Part shown: one piece after another, positions 19,061 through 29,678 of the stretch
Layout of the letters: each line of letters opens with the position of its first letter
How positions within the stretch are numbered: the first letter of the stretch is position 1
Assembly (NCBI GenBank): GCA_963600375.1
Contig: CAVCBH010000122.1
Coordinates: 1 to 60,116 of the forward strand
Origin: a bacterium
GTDB taxonomy: Bacteria > Bacillota > Clostridia > Lachnospirales > Lachnospiraceae
Reading direction: 5' to 3'
Length of the DNA stretch: 60,116 nt
Position numbers and translations under genes: made by a program
The notes under the pieces: model-generated
What the model saw: the letters and a program-made list of their open reading frames with translations, nothing else
What the model was told of the DNA's origin: nothing
Databases searched by the model: none

Positions 19061-22000
19061 TGCAGTCCGGTTTATCAATATTAACTACAATAACAATGCG
19101 ATGAAAATTAATGATGAATGTATGCAATTTAATGGGAAAAGTACACTTCTTTCTCTGAGAAATGGTGGGGGTAAGACAGTTCTTGTGCAGATGATGACAG
19201 CTCCGTTTGTACACAGAGGAAAGCAAAAGACCAAGGACAGGCCATTTGAGAGTTATTTTACTACAGCGAAACCATCATTTATTCTGGTAGAATGGGTGCT
19301 GGATGGAGAAGCTGGCTATGTTCTGACAGGGCTGATGATTCGAAAAAATCAGGAAATCAGCGAGGAAAAGACCGATGCACTTGAAATGATGACGATTATC
19401 AGTGAATATAAAGAACCGTGTCTGCAGGATATTTATCATTTGCCGGTAGTGGAACAGAACGAAAAAACGATGAAGTTAAAAAGTTATAATTCCTGCAAAA
19501 AGCTTTTTGAGGACTATAAAAAAGATAAAAAGCTTTCATTTTTTTGCTATGATATGAGCAGTCCGGCACAGTCAAGACAGTATTTTTATAAATTGATGGA
19601 GTATCAGATTAACTATAAAGAATGGGAAACGATTATAAGAAAAGTTAATGTGAAAGAATCTGGTTTATCAGAACTGTTCAGTGATTGCCGAACAGAAAAA
19701 GAACTGGTAGAAAAATGGTTTTTGGAGGCTATTGAAAGTAAGTTAAATAAAGATGAAAATAAGATTAAAAATTTTCAGGAAATACTCGAAAAATATGCAG
19801 GAAAATATAAGAATATCAGGGAACAGCTAAAGAGAAGAGATGCGATTCAGAAGTTTAAGGAAGCTGCGGAAGAAATACAGACAAATGCAGAAGAATTTCT
19901 TGAGAAGGAAGGGGAAAAGGCAAAGCAGGAGAAGGTAATTGCAGCATTTATAGAGCAATTAAATGTATTATATGAGGAGGCAGAACAGGAGCAGAAACAG
20001 GAAGAAGAAAATAGAAAAAAATTGCAGGAGGAATTGGAATTTCTGAAATATGAAGAATTATCCTGTGAGTTTCATAAGAAACATAAAGAAAAGAGAAATC
20101 ATGTCAGTAATCGTGAAATGATAGATTTAGAGAAAGACTCTCTTGGGAGAAAACGCGAAAAAGTACAGAAAAAAGTTCATGTATTTTTGTGCGCAAAACA
20201 GCAGGAAATAGTCGATGGAGATAGACAGGAATGGGAAATTTGGAAAGAAAAGGCGGCGATTGTCCGCACAAAAGAAGAAAATTTAGGACCGGAGAGAAAA
20301 CGGATTGGCGGCCAATTAAGCAAGTATTACGAACAACAGATAAAAGAAAATAAAGAAAAGCAGGAGAATATAAAAAATCGAAAGCTTCAGGTAAAAGCAG
20401 ATATTTTACAGCAAAAAGCAGTTTTGGAAGATTATCGAGAAAAAACGAAAAAAATAACAGAGAGTAAAGGAAGTTTCCGAAGCCTGGTTCGCAGTTATGA
20501 TAATGTGGAAATTAAATATAATTCCAATTATAGAGAAAGCCTTTCCAGGAATATACTGGGGGTATATGAGGCAGGAATGCTGGATATAAAGCAGGAAATA
20601 TATGAGCAGGAACGGAAAAAGAGTATTCAGGAGAATAAGGAGCAGAAAGAAAAGTTTGAAAATACAGGCGAAAATATTCACAGAAAAGAAAGAACTATTG
20701 AAGAAAAAAAAGAAAAGTATTTTCAAAAAGACAATGAAATAAAGCAGGCAGAAGAAGAGAAAAAAGGTTATGAACAGGAGATAGAAGAAAGAAAAGATAT
20801 TCTTAAATATCTGGAAATATCAGAAGATAAGCTTTTTATCCGAGAAGAAATTCTTCATAAAACGCAGATAAAAATGGAGGAATTGGATAACCGAAGAAGA
20901 TTGCTGGAAAAGAAGGAAGATACTTTGCAAAAAGAATATAAGCTTTTGGTCAGCGGTCGTGTAATGGAACTTTCGGATAACCTGAAAGAGGAGTTTGAAA
21001 AATTAGATATTCCGGTTGTTTATGGAATGGAGTGGCTGAAAAAGAATGGATTTACGGAAGAAAAGAACAAAGAAATCGTAAGCAAAAATCCATTTTTGCC
21101 CTATGCACTTGTTTTAACCCATCAGGAATTGAAAAAGCTTTCAGAAAGAAACGGGGAGACATATACTTCGTTCCCTGTACCGATTATAGAAAGAGAAAAT
21201 CTGGAATCTATAAAGTTAGATATAACACAATCCTTTGTAAAATTGCAGGATATCCATTTTTATATTTTATTCAATGAAAATCTTTTGGATGAAGAAAAAT
21301 TACAGGGAATGGTAGAACAAAAGCAAAAAGATATTGTTGCTATTCAGAAAACGATTCAAATCTGTAAAAATGAATATGAAGATTATTTTCATCGTTTTGA
21401 TGTGATAAAAAGTCAAACCATAACCGAAGAAATCTGGGATAAAATACAGAAAAGACTGCAAAAACTGGAAAAAGAGAAAAAAGATATTTTCCAGGATGTA
21501 CAGCAGGAAAGAGATGCACTGCAGATCTTAAAGAAAAACTTTGAAACATTGCGAAAAACTCTGAGAGAGTTAGAGAAGAAAATTGAATTTCAAACAGTCA
21601 GATTACACGGATTTGAAGAACTCAGGGCGGCATATGCAGAGTATGAAGAAAATAATAAAAAATTGCAGGAATATAAAATAGAAGAAGAGCGGTTAGAAAA
21701 CCGCCAGCGTCTTACCGAAGAAAAAATCAGCCAGTTTGAAGAAACTTACAGAGAACTTAGTGGACAGGAAAATAATCTGTATAGAGAAGAAGAAATTCTC
21801 CAGAATTCATATCAAAAATTTGCAGCATATAAAGGAATAAACAGAAGTATAAATGCCGATGATCTCCTGAATGTAAGTGGAGCTTCTGATGTGGATGATA
21901 TTTCTGGTACAAATCAAGAATTGAATATATTGAATATAAAAGAAGCTTCAGGTATAGATAAAAGTTCGAATGTAAATGATATTAGAAAAATTATTTTAAG

Positions 22001-23588
22001 TGAGGAAGAAGTTCTGAAATTAGAGGCAAGATATGAGGCAATCACTTCAGATATTTCACAGAAATTAAAAGAGTTAGAACTGGAAGAAGAAAAATCCCGG
22101 ACACGTTATTACAAATCTTCAGAGGAATTAGAGGAACTGTGTCAAAAATATAGTCTGAAAAATGCGGAATGGCAAAATATTATCTACGATAAAAGAGAAC
22201 AGCTTCATCAGGAGGCAGAGCTGGAAGATTATGATCGAAAGATAGAGCGGCAAACAAACTTGTTAAATGAGGAAAATATAAAGATAGGAATTTTAATCAG
22301 CCAGATTAAGGGAATTTCAAATCAGATAATATCAGAATGTGGAAAGGAAGAACCTTTAGCGGAAGAAAAAATCAGCCAGAAGGACTTGGAAAGTGAAAGA
22401 AATCAAATAAAATATCAACTCAGTGAAGTAGAGCGAAAAATAGTATTTTCTGAAAAAGCAATACAAAAATACAGGGAGAATCTAACAGCACTTTCTGAAT
22501 ATAATGATTTTTTTACAGAAGAAATTACTTTTGAACAGGATTTCAAAAAAATGAGTGAAAAGGAACTGCGTGATTTTAAAGGAATGTTAATCAGAGATTA
22601 TAACGATATAATTAGATGTGTTCAGAAATGCAGAGAAACACTTGCACAGACTTTAAATAAAATCGCAAGACGGGAAGTATTTCAGGATGCCAGTTATAAA
22701 ACACCTCTGGAAAATATGCTCAAAGTCTGTGATGATGCAAAAAAAGTATTACGTCAGTTAAACATCACCATAGAATCTTATGACTCTCTTATGAAACAGT
22801 TGGAAGTGGATATCTCTCTGGTAGAAGCAGAAAAGAAAAATGTAACAGAACTTCTGAAAGATTATGTCCAGAATATTCATAAAAACCTTGAAAAAATCGG
22901 GCATAACTCCACAATAAAAATACGTGGGAAATCAATAAAAATGCTAAAAGTCATTTTACCTGTATGGGAAGATAACGAGAAATTATACAGTCTCCGCCTA
23001 AGTGATCTTGTAGATGAAATCACAGAGGAGGGTATACGTATATTTGAAAATAACGAAAATGCACAGGAGTATATTGGAAGAAAAGTAACAAGTAAAAACT
23101 TATATGATACTGTGGTTGGAACTGGTAATGTTCAGATTCAACTTTATAAAATTGAGGAACAGAGAGAACAGCAGATTACCTGGAGCCAGGTGGCGAAAAA
23201 CTCAGGAGGAGAAGGTTTCCTGTCTGCTTTTGTCATACTGTCAAGTCTGTTAGACTATATGAGAAAAGACGATTCCGATATATTCATGGATAGAAATGAA
23301 GGCAAAGTTTTACTAATGGATAACCCATTTGCACAGACTAATGCAGAACATCTTTTAAAACCGTTAATGAATCTTGCTGAAAAAACAAACACACAGTTAA
23401 TCTGCCTGACAGGATTAGGCGGCGAATCCATTTATAATCGATTTGATAACATTTATGTACTGAATCTTATTGAAGCACACCTTCGAAATGGAATCCAGTA
23501 TCTTCGTCCAGAACATAAGAAGGGGGAAGAAGTGCAGGTGAAAACGATACTTCCAACACATATAGAAGTTGAAGAAATGCTGTTTTAA
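19047..23588 (+). CDS. jetC: Wadjet JetC SMC-like ATPase
   Basis: N-terminal Walker A LRNGGGKT, long coiled coils, C-terminal SGGE signature and LLMDNPF Walker B. Confidence 0.88.
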   Translation: MSKINAVRFININYNNNAMKINDECMQFNGKSTLLSLRNGGGKTVLVQMMTAPFVHRGKQKTKDRPFESYFTTAKPSFILVEWVLDGEAGYVLTGLMIRKNQEISEEKTDALEMMTIISEYKEPCLQDIYHLPVVEQNEKTMKLKSYNSCKKLFEDYKKDKKLSFFCYDMSSPAQSRQYFYKLMEYQINYKEWETIIRKVNVKESGLSELFSDCRTEKELVEKWFLEAIESKLNKDENKIKNFQEILEKYAGKYKNIREQLKRRDAIQKFKEAAEEIQTNAEEFLEKEGEKAKQEKVIAAFIEQLNVLYEEAEQEQKQEEENRKKLQEELEFLKYEELSCEFHKKHKEKRNHVSNREMIDLEKDSLGRKREKVQKKVHVFLCAKQQEIVDGDRQEWEIWKEKAAIVRTKEENLGPERKRIGGQLSKYYEQQIKENKEKQENIKNRKLQVKADILQQKAVLEDYREKTKKITESKGSFRSLVRSYDNVEIKYNSNYRESLSRNILGVYEAGMLDIKQEIYEQERKKSIQENKEQKEKFENTGENIHRKERTIEEKKEKYFQKDNEIKQAEEEKKGYEQEIEERKDILKYLEISEDKLFIREEILHKTQIKMEELDNRRRLLEKKEDTLQKEYKLLVSGRVMELSDNLKEEFEKLDIPVVYGMEWLKKNGFTEEKNKEIVSKNPFLPYALVLTHQELKKLSERNGETYTSFPVPIIERENLESIKLDITQSFVKLQDIHFYILFNENLLDEEKLQGMVEQKQKDIVAIQKTIQICKNEYEDYFHRFDVIKSQTITEEIWDKIQKRLQKLEKEKKDIFQDVQQERDALQILKKNFETLRKTLRELEKKIEFQTVRLHGFEELRAAYAEYEENNKKLQEYKIEEERLENRQRLTEEKISQFEETYRELSGQENNLYREEEILQNSYQKFAAYKGINRSINADDLLNVSGASDVDDISGTNQELNILNIKEASGIDKSSNVNDIRKIILSEEEVLKLEARYEAITSDISQKLKELELEEEKSRTRYYKSSEELEELCQKYSLKNAEWQNIIYDKREQLHQEAELEDYDRKIERQTNLLNEENIKIGILISQIKGISNQIISECGKEEPLAEEKISQKDLESERNQIKYQLSEVERKIVFSEKAIQKYRENLTALSEYNDFFTEEITFEQDFKKMSEKELRDFKGMLIRDYNDIIRCVQKCRETLAQTLNKIARREVFQDASYKTPLENMLKVCDDAKKVLRQLNITIESYDSLMKQLEVDISLVEAEKKNVTELLKDYVQNIHKNLEKIGHNSTIKIRGKSIKMLKVILPVWEDNEKLYSLRLSDLVDEITEEGIRIFENNENAQEYIGRKVTSKNLYDTVVGTGNVQIQLYKIEEQREQQITWSQVAKNSGGEGFLSAFVILSSLLDYMRKDDSDIFMDRNEGKVLLMDNPFAQTNAEHLLKPLMNLAEKTNTQLICLTGLGGESIYNRFDNIYVLNLIEAHLRNGIQYLRPEHKKGEEVQVKTILPTHIEVEEMLF

Positions 23589-23615
23589 ATTCTGACTTCA
23601 CTTCAGCAACCAACG

Positions 23616-23751
23616 AACAGCTTTCAAAGAGAGCCAATGCCCTATATTTGTGACCTTAGAGCGAGGATTGAATGCGAGCCTTAGAGCGAACATTCAACCC
23701 ACAGTGATAGAGTCACAAATATAGGGCATTGGCTCTCTTTGGAAGCGTCTG
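23616..23751 (-). repeat. Family A palindromic repeat, copy A5 (reverse orientation)
   Basis: AACAGCTTTCAAAGAGAGCCAATGCCCTATATTTGTGAC ... GTCACAAATATAGGGCATTGGCTCTCTTTGGAAGCGTCTG. Confidence 0.92.
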
Positions 23752-23773
23752 TTTTGCTCCGCAAAATCAGGAT

Positions 23774-24523
23774 TTACTCTGCAATTTCCACAGTAATATT
23801 ATGTTTTTTCAAATTCTCCAAAGCATCTTCCGGAATCTCTGCATCTGTACATACGGTATCAATCTCAGAGAAAGTTGTTTGAATTACAACACCCTTCTGG
23901 CTGAACTTGCTGGAGTCAGCGAGAATAATCATACGGTTTGCGGAATCTTCCATGTACTTCATAGTTTCTACACGCATCAGGTCATCACAGGTAAATCCTG
24001 CATCTGGAATAAAGCCATCTGTACCCACGAAGAACTTATCTACATAGAATTCTTTTGCACATTTACGGACAAGTGGACCTACCATACCCTGATATTCTTT
24101 CTGATATTCTCCACCAAGAAGAATAACCTTACGAATCGGAAGCTCTCGTATGCGAATCGCTATGTAGGCAGAGTTTGTTATGATTGTGACATCTTTTTTT
24201 AACTTTGCAAGCTGTTCTGCGAGCAAAGCACAAGTAGAGCCGGACTCAAGCATAACAGTTTCCCCATTAGAAACCATCTCAGCAGCCTTTGTGGCGATTT
24301 CGAGTTTCTTATCATAATTTATAGTTAAACGAGTGTTAATATCATTAGCATTTTTAATGAGAGCATAACCATGTTCTCTGGATAAAAGACCTTCATCTTC
24401 AAGATGATCCAGGTCTTTACGGATTGTTACCTGAGAAACATCTAAAAGTTCGGCTAAACGACTCACTTCAATTTTTTGATAAAGATTTACCAATTTAATG
24501 AGCTTGGACTGACGTTCTGTCAT
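23774..24523 (-). CDS. DeoR/GlpR-family transcriptional regulator
   Basis: LAELLDVSQVTIRKDLDHLE..G.L.R.HG; ESGST, IITNS, LADSSKF; start ATG 24523 with GAGGTG RBS. Confidence 0.95.
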   Translation of the reverse strand: MTERQSKLIKLVNLYQKIEVSRLAELLDVSQVTIRKDLDHLEDEGLLSREHGYALIKNANDINTRLTINYDKKLEIATKAAEMVSNGETVMLESGSTCALLAEQLAKLKKDVTIITNSAYIAIRIRELPIRKVILLGGEYQKEYQGMVGPLVRKCAKEFYVDKFFVGTDGFIPDAGFTCDDLMRVETMKYMEDSANRMIILADSSKFSQKGVVIQTTFSEIDTVCTDAEIPEDALENLKKHNITVEIAE

Positions 24524-24660
24524 TTGAAACACCTCTTTCTTTCTAAAAAAAGTATAACATATTGTTTGATAAAATATCAAGAAAGGAATAGAAAAAAGGA
24601 AAAGAAATTATAGTGAAATTGTTATAAAAATATCGTTCTTAAACAGGAATTTGTCCTGGA

Positions 24661-24682
24661 GCATTTTTCAAACACGCTCTAG
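24661..24682 (+). mobile_element. Family B right TIR remnant
   Basis: GCATTTTTCAAACACGCTCTAG is the exact reverse complement of the 57651-57672 end of the family B copy. Confidence 0.7.
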
Positions 24683-24945
24683 ATTGTACCGTACTCCTGT
24701 GGTAGAATATCGTTTGGAAATACTTTTTACTTACAATTTGGCAGCTAAATCTGTGATTGGAAATTGTAGGAGGATTACTTTTGATAATATTGCTATTAAT
24801 AAGGTAGAATTATTTTCTTGTATGCTAATTAGTTCCATTTTAATAAGGAAAAAGTTGCGGAAGAAATTTATATATTTCGTGAAAAGGTTATGAGGAAAGT
24901 TTATGATAAAGACGAAAAGGATTATGAGAGGAGGAAAATATATCG

Positions 24946-27900
24946 ATGGCATTTACCCATTTACATGTGCATACAGAGTACAGTCTGCTGGATGGTTCCA
25001 GTAAGATTAAGGAACTTCTGCCGAGAGCAAAGGCGTTGGGGATGGATAGTCTCGCCATTACAGACCACGGAGTTATGTATGGTGTGATTGATTTTTATAA
25101 AAAGGCAAAAGAAGTTGGAATTAAGCCGATTCTTGGATGTGAGATTTACGTTGCGCCAGGGTCAAGATTTGACAGAGAGCAGGGCAGAGGCGAGGACAGA
25201 TATTACCATCTTGTTTTGCTTGCAGAGAATAATCAGGGATATAAAAACCTGATGAAGATTGTGACAAGAGGGTTTACAGAAGGATATTATTATAAACCAA
25301 GAGTAGACTATGAAGTGCTGGAGAAATATCATGAAGGTATTATCGCACTTAGTGCCTGTCTTGCGGGTGAGATTCCGAATAAGATTCTAAAAGAGGATTT
25401 CGATGGGGCAAGAGTGGCTGCAAATAAAATGCGTGATATTTTTGGGGAAAATAACTTTTTCCTTGAGTTGCAGGATCATGGGATTCGCCAGCAGACACAG
25501 GTAAATACCAGCCTGATTCGTCTTTCAAAGGAACTTGGTATTCCGATGGTTGTGACCAATGATGTGCATTACATCAAGGAAGAAGATGCGGTTCCACATG
25601 ATTTGCTTCTTTGTATACAGACCGGGAAAAAGGTTTCCGACCAGGATAGAATGCGCTATGAAGGTGGGCAGTATTATCTGAAGTCGGAAGAGGAAATGCA
25701 GAAAGTATTTCCATATGCGAGAGAGGCGATGGACAATACCCATAAGATTGCCGAGCGGTGTAATGTGGAGATTGTTTTCGGTGAGCAGAAAGTGCCGAAG
25801 TTTGATGTGCCGGAAGGATATGATGCATTTTCTTACTTAAAAGAACTCTGTGAGACCGGACTTGTGAGAAGATATGGTGACCCACCGCCACAGGAGTTAC
25901 AGGAAAGGCTTTCTTATGAGCTTAATACCATCAAAAATATGGGTTATGTTGATTATTTCCTCATTGTGTGGGATTTCATCCGCTTTGCAAAGAGTCAGGG
26001 AATTGCTGTAGGACCGGGACGAGGAAGTGCGGCGGGAAGTATCGTTTCCTATTGCCTTGAAATCACAAATATCGACCCAATTCGATATCAGCTTATTTTT
26101 GAGCGTTTCTTAAATCCGGAGCGTGTGTCCATGCCGGATATTGATATTGACTTCTGCTATGAGAGAAGACAGGAAGTTATTGATTATGTTTATGAAAAAT
26201 ATGGAAAAGATAAAGTAGTACAGATTGTAACTTTTGGTACGATGGCTGCGCGCATGGCGGTACGTGATGTCGGACGAGTTCTTGATATTCCTTATGCACA
26301 GGTTGATAACGTTGCGAAAATGATTCCGATGGAACTTGGTATTACGATTGAAAAGGCGCTGAAGTCCAACCCGGAATTAAAGCAGGCATATGAGAGTGAC
26401 GAGGTTGTAAAGAACCTTGTCGATATGTCGATGCGCCTTGAAGGACTGCCGAGACATACTTCTATTCATGCCGCCGGTGTCGTAATCGGTTCAAAACCAC
26501 TGGATGAATTTGTTCCGCTTTCAAGAGGAGCAGATAATGTTATCACAACACAGTTTACGATGACAACAATCGAAGAACTGGGTCTTCTGAAAATGGACTT
26601 TTTAGGGCTTCGTACCCTGACGGTAATTCAGGATGCTGCGCGCATGATTGGGAAGAAACTTGGGCATGATTTTAGTATCGATACTATTGATTATGATGAT
26701 GCGAAAGTATATGAAATGATTGGACAGGGAAAAACAGACGGTGTGTTCCAGTTAGAAAGTGCTGGAATGAAGTCGTTTATGAAGGAGTTAAAGCCGACAA
26801 ATCTTGAAGATGTCATTGCCGGAATTTCTCTGTACCGTCCAGGTCCAATGGATTTTATTCCGAAATATATTAAGGGTAAGCAGAATCAGGATTCCATCCA
26901 GTATACCTGCCCGGAATTAGAAGAAATACTTGCGCCTACTTACGGATGTATCGTTTATCAGGAACAGGTTATGCAGATTGTGATGCGTCTTGCCGGCTAC
27001 ACGCTTGGACGAAGTGATCTTGTGCGTCGTGCAATGTCCAAGAAAAAAGGCGATGTCATGGCAAGGGAACGTCAGAACTTCGTTTATGGTAACGAGGAAG
27101 AAGGCGTAGAAGGCTGTATCAAAAGAGGAATCCCAGAAGAAACAGCCAATAAGATTTTTGATGAAATGATTGACTTTGCCAAGTATGCATTTAATAAATC
27201 GCATGCTGCGGCATATGCTGTTGTTTCTTACCAGACTGCATGGCTGCGCTGCTATTATCCAGTAGAATTTATGGCTGCGCTTCTTACTTCGGTAATTACC
27301 AATCCGAAGAAGATTACAGAATATATCAATACCTGTCGTGTGATGGGAATTTCGATTCTTCCACCGGATATTAATGAGGGAGAAGGTGGATTTTCCGTTG
27401 CCGGAGATTCTATTCGTTATGGACTTACGGCAATCAAGAGTCTTGGAAAAAGTGTTATTGATGTAATGACACAGGAAAGAGAAACGAATGGAAAATACAA
27501 AGATTTAAAGGATTTCATGGAGCGCCTTACATCGAAAGAGGTCAATAAGAGAACAATTGAAAATCTTATAAAATCTGGAGCATTAGATAGTTTTGGAAAG
27601 ACAAGAAAGCAGCAAATGCTCGTCTATCCGGTTGTTCTTGAAGAAGTAAACAGAGAGAAAAAAGAATCAGTCACCGGGCAAATGTCCTTGTTTGACTTTT
27701 TCTCAGAAGAAGAGAAAAAAGAATACGAAATGCAGTATCCTGATGTTGGAGAATACGATGAAGCACAGAAGCTGGCACTTGAAAAAGAAGTTCTTGGTAT
27801 TTACGTAAGTGGCCATCCATTAGAAGAATATATGGATTCTATTGAAAAACAGACAACTGCCAGATCAACAGATTTCGAGCCGGATGAAGAAAGCGGCAGA

Positions 27901-28428
27901 GCAATCGTTCGGGATGGCCGGCATTATGTCGTTGGTGGCCTTATCAGCAATGTAACTGCCAAACTTACAAAAAATAATCAAAATATGGCATTTGTTACGT
28001 TAGAAGACCTTTATGGAACGGTGGAAATCATTGTATTTCCAACAATATATCAAAAGGTGAAGCCGTATCTCACAGAAGATAAAGGCATTTACGTAAAAGG
28101 CCGGGCTTCTGTTTCTGAGGAAAGTGGCAAGTTGATTGCAGAATATATCGTTCCGATTGACCAGATTCCAAAAGAAGTGTGGATTCAGACAGAAAACATT
28201 GAAGAATTTACAGAAAAGCAGCAGGATTTATATAAAATCATACGAAAATATCCTGGGAAAGATGAAATTGTTATTTTTTCCAAAAAGGAAAAAGCGATAA
28301 AAAAGCTTCCGGCATACGAAAATATTTCCGCGAAAAATGACGTATTTTCCGAGTTAAAATCACTTTTTGGCGAAAAAAATGTAAAGGTTCGCGAGAAGAG
28401 TATTGAAAAATTCGAGAAAAAGAGATAA
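24946..28428 (+). CDS. dnaE: DNA polymerase III alpha subunit
   Basis: FTHLHVHTEYSLLDG PHP domain, GPGRGSAAGS, SMPDIDIDF, YAFNKSH, OB fold. Confidence 0.98.
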   Translation: MAFTHLHVHTEYSLLDGSSKIKELLPRAKALGMDSLAITDHGVMYGVIDFYKKAKEVGIKPILGCEIYVAPGSRFDREQGRGEDRYYHLVLLAENNQGYKNLMKIVTRGFTEGYYYKPRVDYEVLEKYHEGIIALSACLAGEIPNKILKEDFDGARVAANKMRDIFGENNFFLELQDHGIRQQTQVNTSLIRLSKELGIPMVVTNDVHYIKEEDAVPHDLLLCIQTGKKVSDQDRMRYEGGQYYLKSEEEMQKVFPYAREAMDNTHKIAERCNVEIVFGEQKVPKFDVPEGYDAFSYLKELCETGLVRRYGDPPPQELQERLSYELNTIKNMGYVDYFLIVWDFIRFAKSQGIAVGPGRGSAAGSIVSYCLEITNIDPIRYQLIFERFLNPERVSMPDIDIDFCYERRQEVIDYVYEKYGKDKVVQIVTFGTMAARMAVRDVGRVLDIPYAQVDNVAKMIPMELGITIEKALKSNPELKQAYESDEVVKNLVDMSMRLEGLPRHTSIHAAGVVIGSKPLDEFVPLSRGADNVITTQFTMTTIEELGLLKMDFLGLRTLTVIQDAARMIGKKLGHDFSIDTIDYDDAKVYEMIGQGKTDGVFQLESAGMKSFMKELKPTNLEDVIAGISLYRPGPMDFIPKYIKGKQNQDSIQYTCPELEEILAPTYGCIVYQEQVMQIVMRLAGYTLGRSDLVRRAMSKKKGDVMARERQNFVYGNEEEGVEGCIKRGIPEETANKIFDEMIDFAKYAFNKSHAAAYAVVSYQTAWLRCYYPVEFMAALLTSVITNPKKITEYINTCRVMGISILPPDINEGEGGFSVAGDSIRYGLTAIKSLGKSVIDVMTQERETNGKYKDLKDFMERLTSKEVNKRTIENLIKSGALDSFGKTRKQQMLVYPVVLEEVNREKKESVTGQMSLFDFFSEEEKKEYEMQYPDVGEYDEAQKLALEKEVLGIYVSGHPLEEYMDSIEKQTTARSTDFEPDEESGRAIVRDGRHYVVGGLISNVTAKLTKNNQNMAFVTLEDLYGTVEIIVFPTIYQKVKPYLTEDKGIYVKGRASVSEESGKLIAEYIVPIDQIPKEVWIQTENIEEFTEKQQDLYKIIRKYPGKDEIVIFSKKEKAIKKLPAYENISAKNDVFSELKSLFGEKNVKVREKSIEKFEKKR

Positions 28429-28484
28429 TATATGTAATCGTTAGGGAATATACTTAGGGAATTATGAAATGGAGGTAACGTTAG

Positions 28485-29477
28485 ATGAGTAACGCTAGCG
28501 CAGTTAAAACAATTGGAATTTTAACAAGTGGTGGAGATGCCCCAGGCATGAACGCCGCAATCAGGGCTGTAGCAAGAACAGCATGGGCAAAGGGTCTTGA
28601 TGTAAAGGGAATTTACCGTGGTTACAGCGGACTGTTAAAAGATGAAATCTTCGATATGGAGAAAGAGTTCACATGTGACATTATTTCCCGTGGTGGTACA
28701 GCTTTATTTACAGCAAGATGTGAAGAATTCAAACAGTTAGAGTATCAGGAAAAGGCAGCAGAGATTCTCAGAAGCCACAACATCGATGGACTTGTTGTTA
28801 TCGGTGGTGACGGATCTTTCCGTGGAGCACAGAAGTTAGCTGCACAGGGAATCAACACAGTAGCACTTCCTGGAACAATCGACTTAGATATAGCATGTAC
28901 AGAATACACAATCGGTTTCGATACTGCAGTAAATACAGCGATGCAGGCAATCGATAAGATTCGTGATTCATCTACATCCCATGAAAGATGTTCTATCATC
29001 GAGGTAATGGGAAGAAACGCAGGTTATATCGCATTATGGTGTGGTATCGCTTCCGGTGCTGAGGATATCTTAATCCCAGAGCGTTTCGACGGTAACAGAC
29101 CAAAACTTGAAAATGAATTAATTGAAAGTATTCTTGAGAAAAAAGCACTTGGTAAGAAACATCACCTTATCATCAATGCAGAAGGTGTTGGACATTCTTA
29201 CGGAATGGCTAAGAGAATCGAACAGGCAACTGGTGTAGAGACAAGAGCAAGTATCTTAGGTCATATGCAGAGAGGTGGAAACCCAACAGCAAAAGACAGA
29301 GTATACGCTTCTTACATGGGTGCTTTAGCAGTAGATCTTCTTTGCAGTGGTGCTACAAACCGAGTAGTAGGATACCGTAATGGTCAGTATATTGACTACG
29401 ATATCGAAGACGCACTCGGAATGGCTAAAGATGTAGACCAGTATGAGTTTGAAATCGCTCAGATTTTAGGACGATAA
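28485..29477 (+). CDS. pfkA: 6-phosphofructokinase
   Basis: LTSGGDAPGMN, IGGDGS, PGTID, TIGFDTA, EVMGR. Confidence 0.97.
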   Translation: MSNASAVKTIGILTSGGDAPGMNAAIRAVARTAWAKGLDVKGIYRGYSGLLKDEIFDMEKEFTCDIISRGGTALFTARCEEFKQLEYQEKAAEILRSHNIDGLVVIGGDGSFRGAQKLAAQGINTVALPGTIDLDIACTEYTIGFDTAVNTAMQAIDKIRDSSTSHERCSIIEVMGRNAGYIALWCGIASGAEDILIPERFDGNRPKLENELIESILEKKALGKKHHLIINAEGVGHSYGMAKRIEQATGVETRASILGHMQRGGNPTAKDRVYASYMGALAVDLLCSGATNRVVGYRNGQYIDYDIEDALGMAKDVDQYEFEIAQILGR

Positions 29478-29502
29478 TATAAAGCCAGGGGAAACTGGCG
29501 GA

Positions 29503-29635
29503 CAGACGAAAAACAAAACACCATAGTATCCTATCTGTGACTTTAGTCGCGGCGGTTTGAATGCTCGCTTACGCGCTCGCATCCAAACCTTGCTCAGAGG
29601 CCACAGATAGGATACTATGGTGTTTTGTTTTTCTG
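29503..29635 (+). repeat. Family A palindromic repeat, copy A6
   Basis: CAGACGAAAAACAAAACACCATAGTATCCTATCTGTG ... CACAGATAGGATACTATGGTGTTTTGTTTTTCTG. Confidence 0.92.
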
Positions 29636-29678
29636 CTTGTTGGCAAGCTTTGAACTGGCTTTATGTGGGCTGTCGGGT

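Noticed and set aside
15216..23773. Wadjet locus as part of a prophage or ICE
   Set aside because: No integrase, relaxase, phage gene, tRNA target or clear direct-repeat att pair seen
23774..24523. Calling the DeoR regulator fruR
   Set aside because: It lies 23 kb from fruK-fruA with no linking evidence; family membership alone is insufficient
24881..24930. GAAAAGGTTATGAG-like short repeats before dnaE
   Set aside because: Short, purine-rich and low complexity; likely local duplication of the RBS region without evident function
24946..28428. Intein or split in dnaE
   Set aside because: Length (1160 aa) and motif spacing are normal; no intein-like insertion seen
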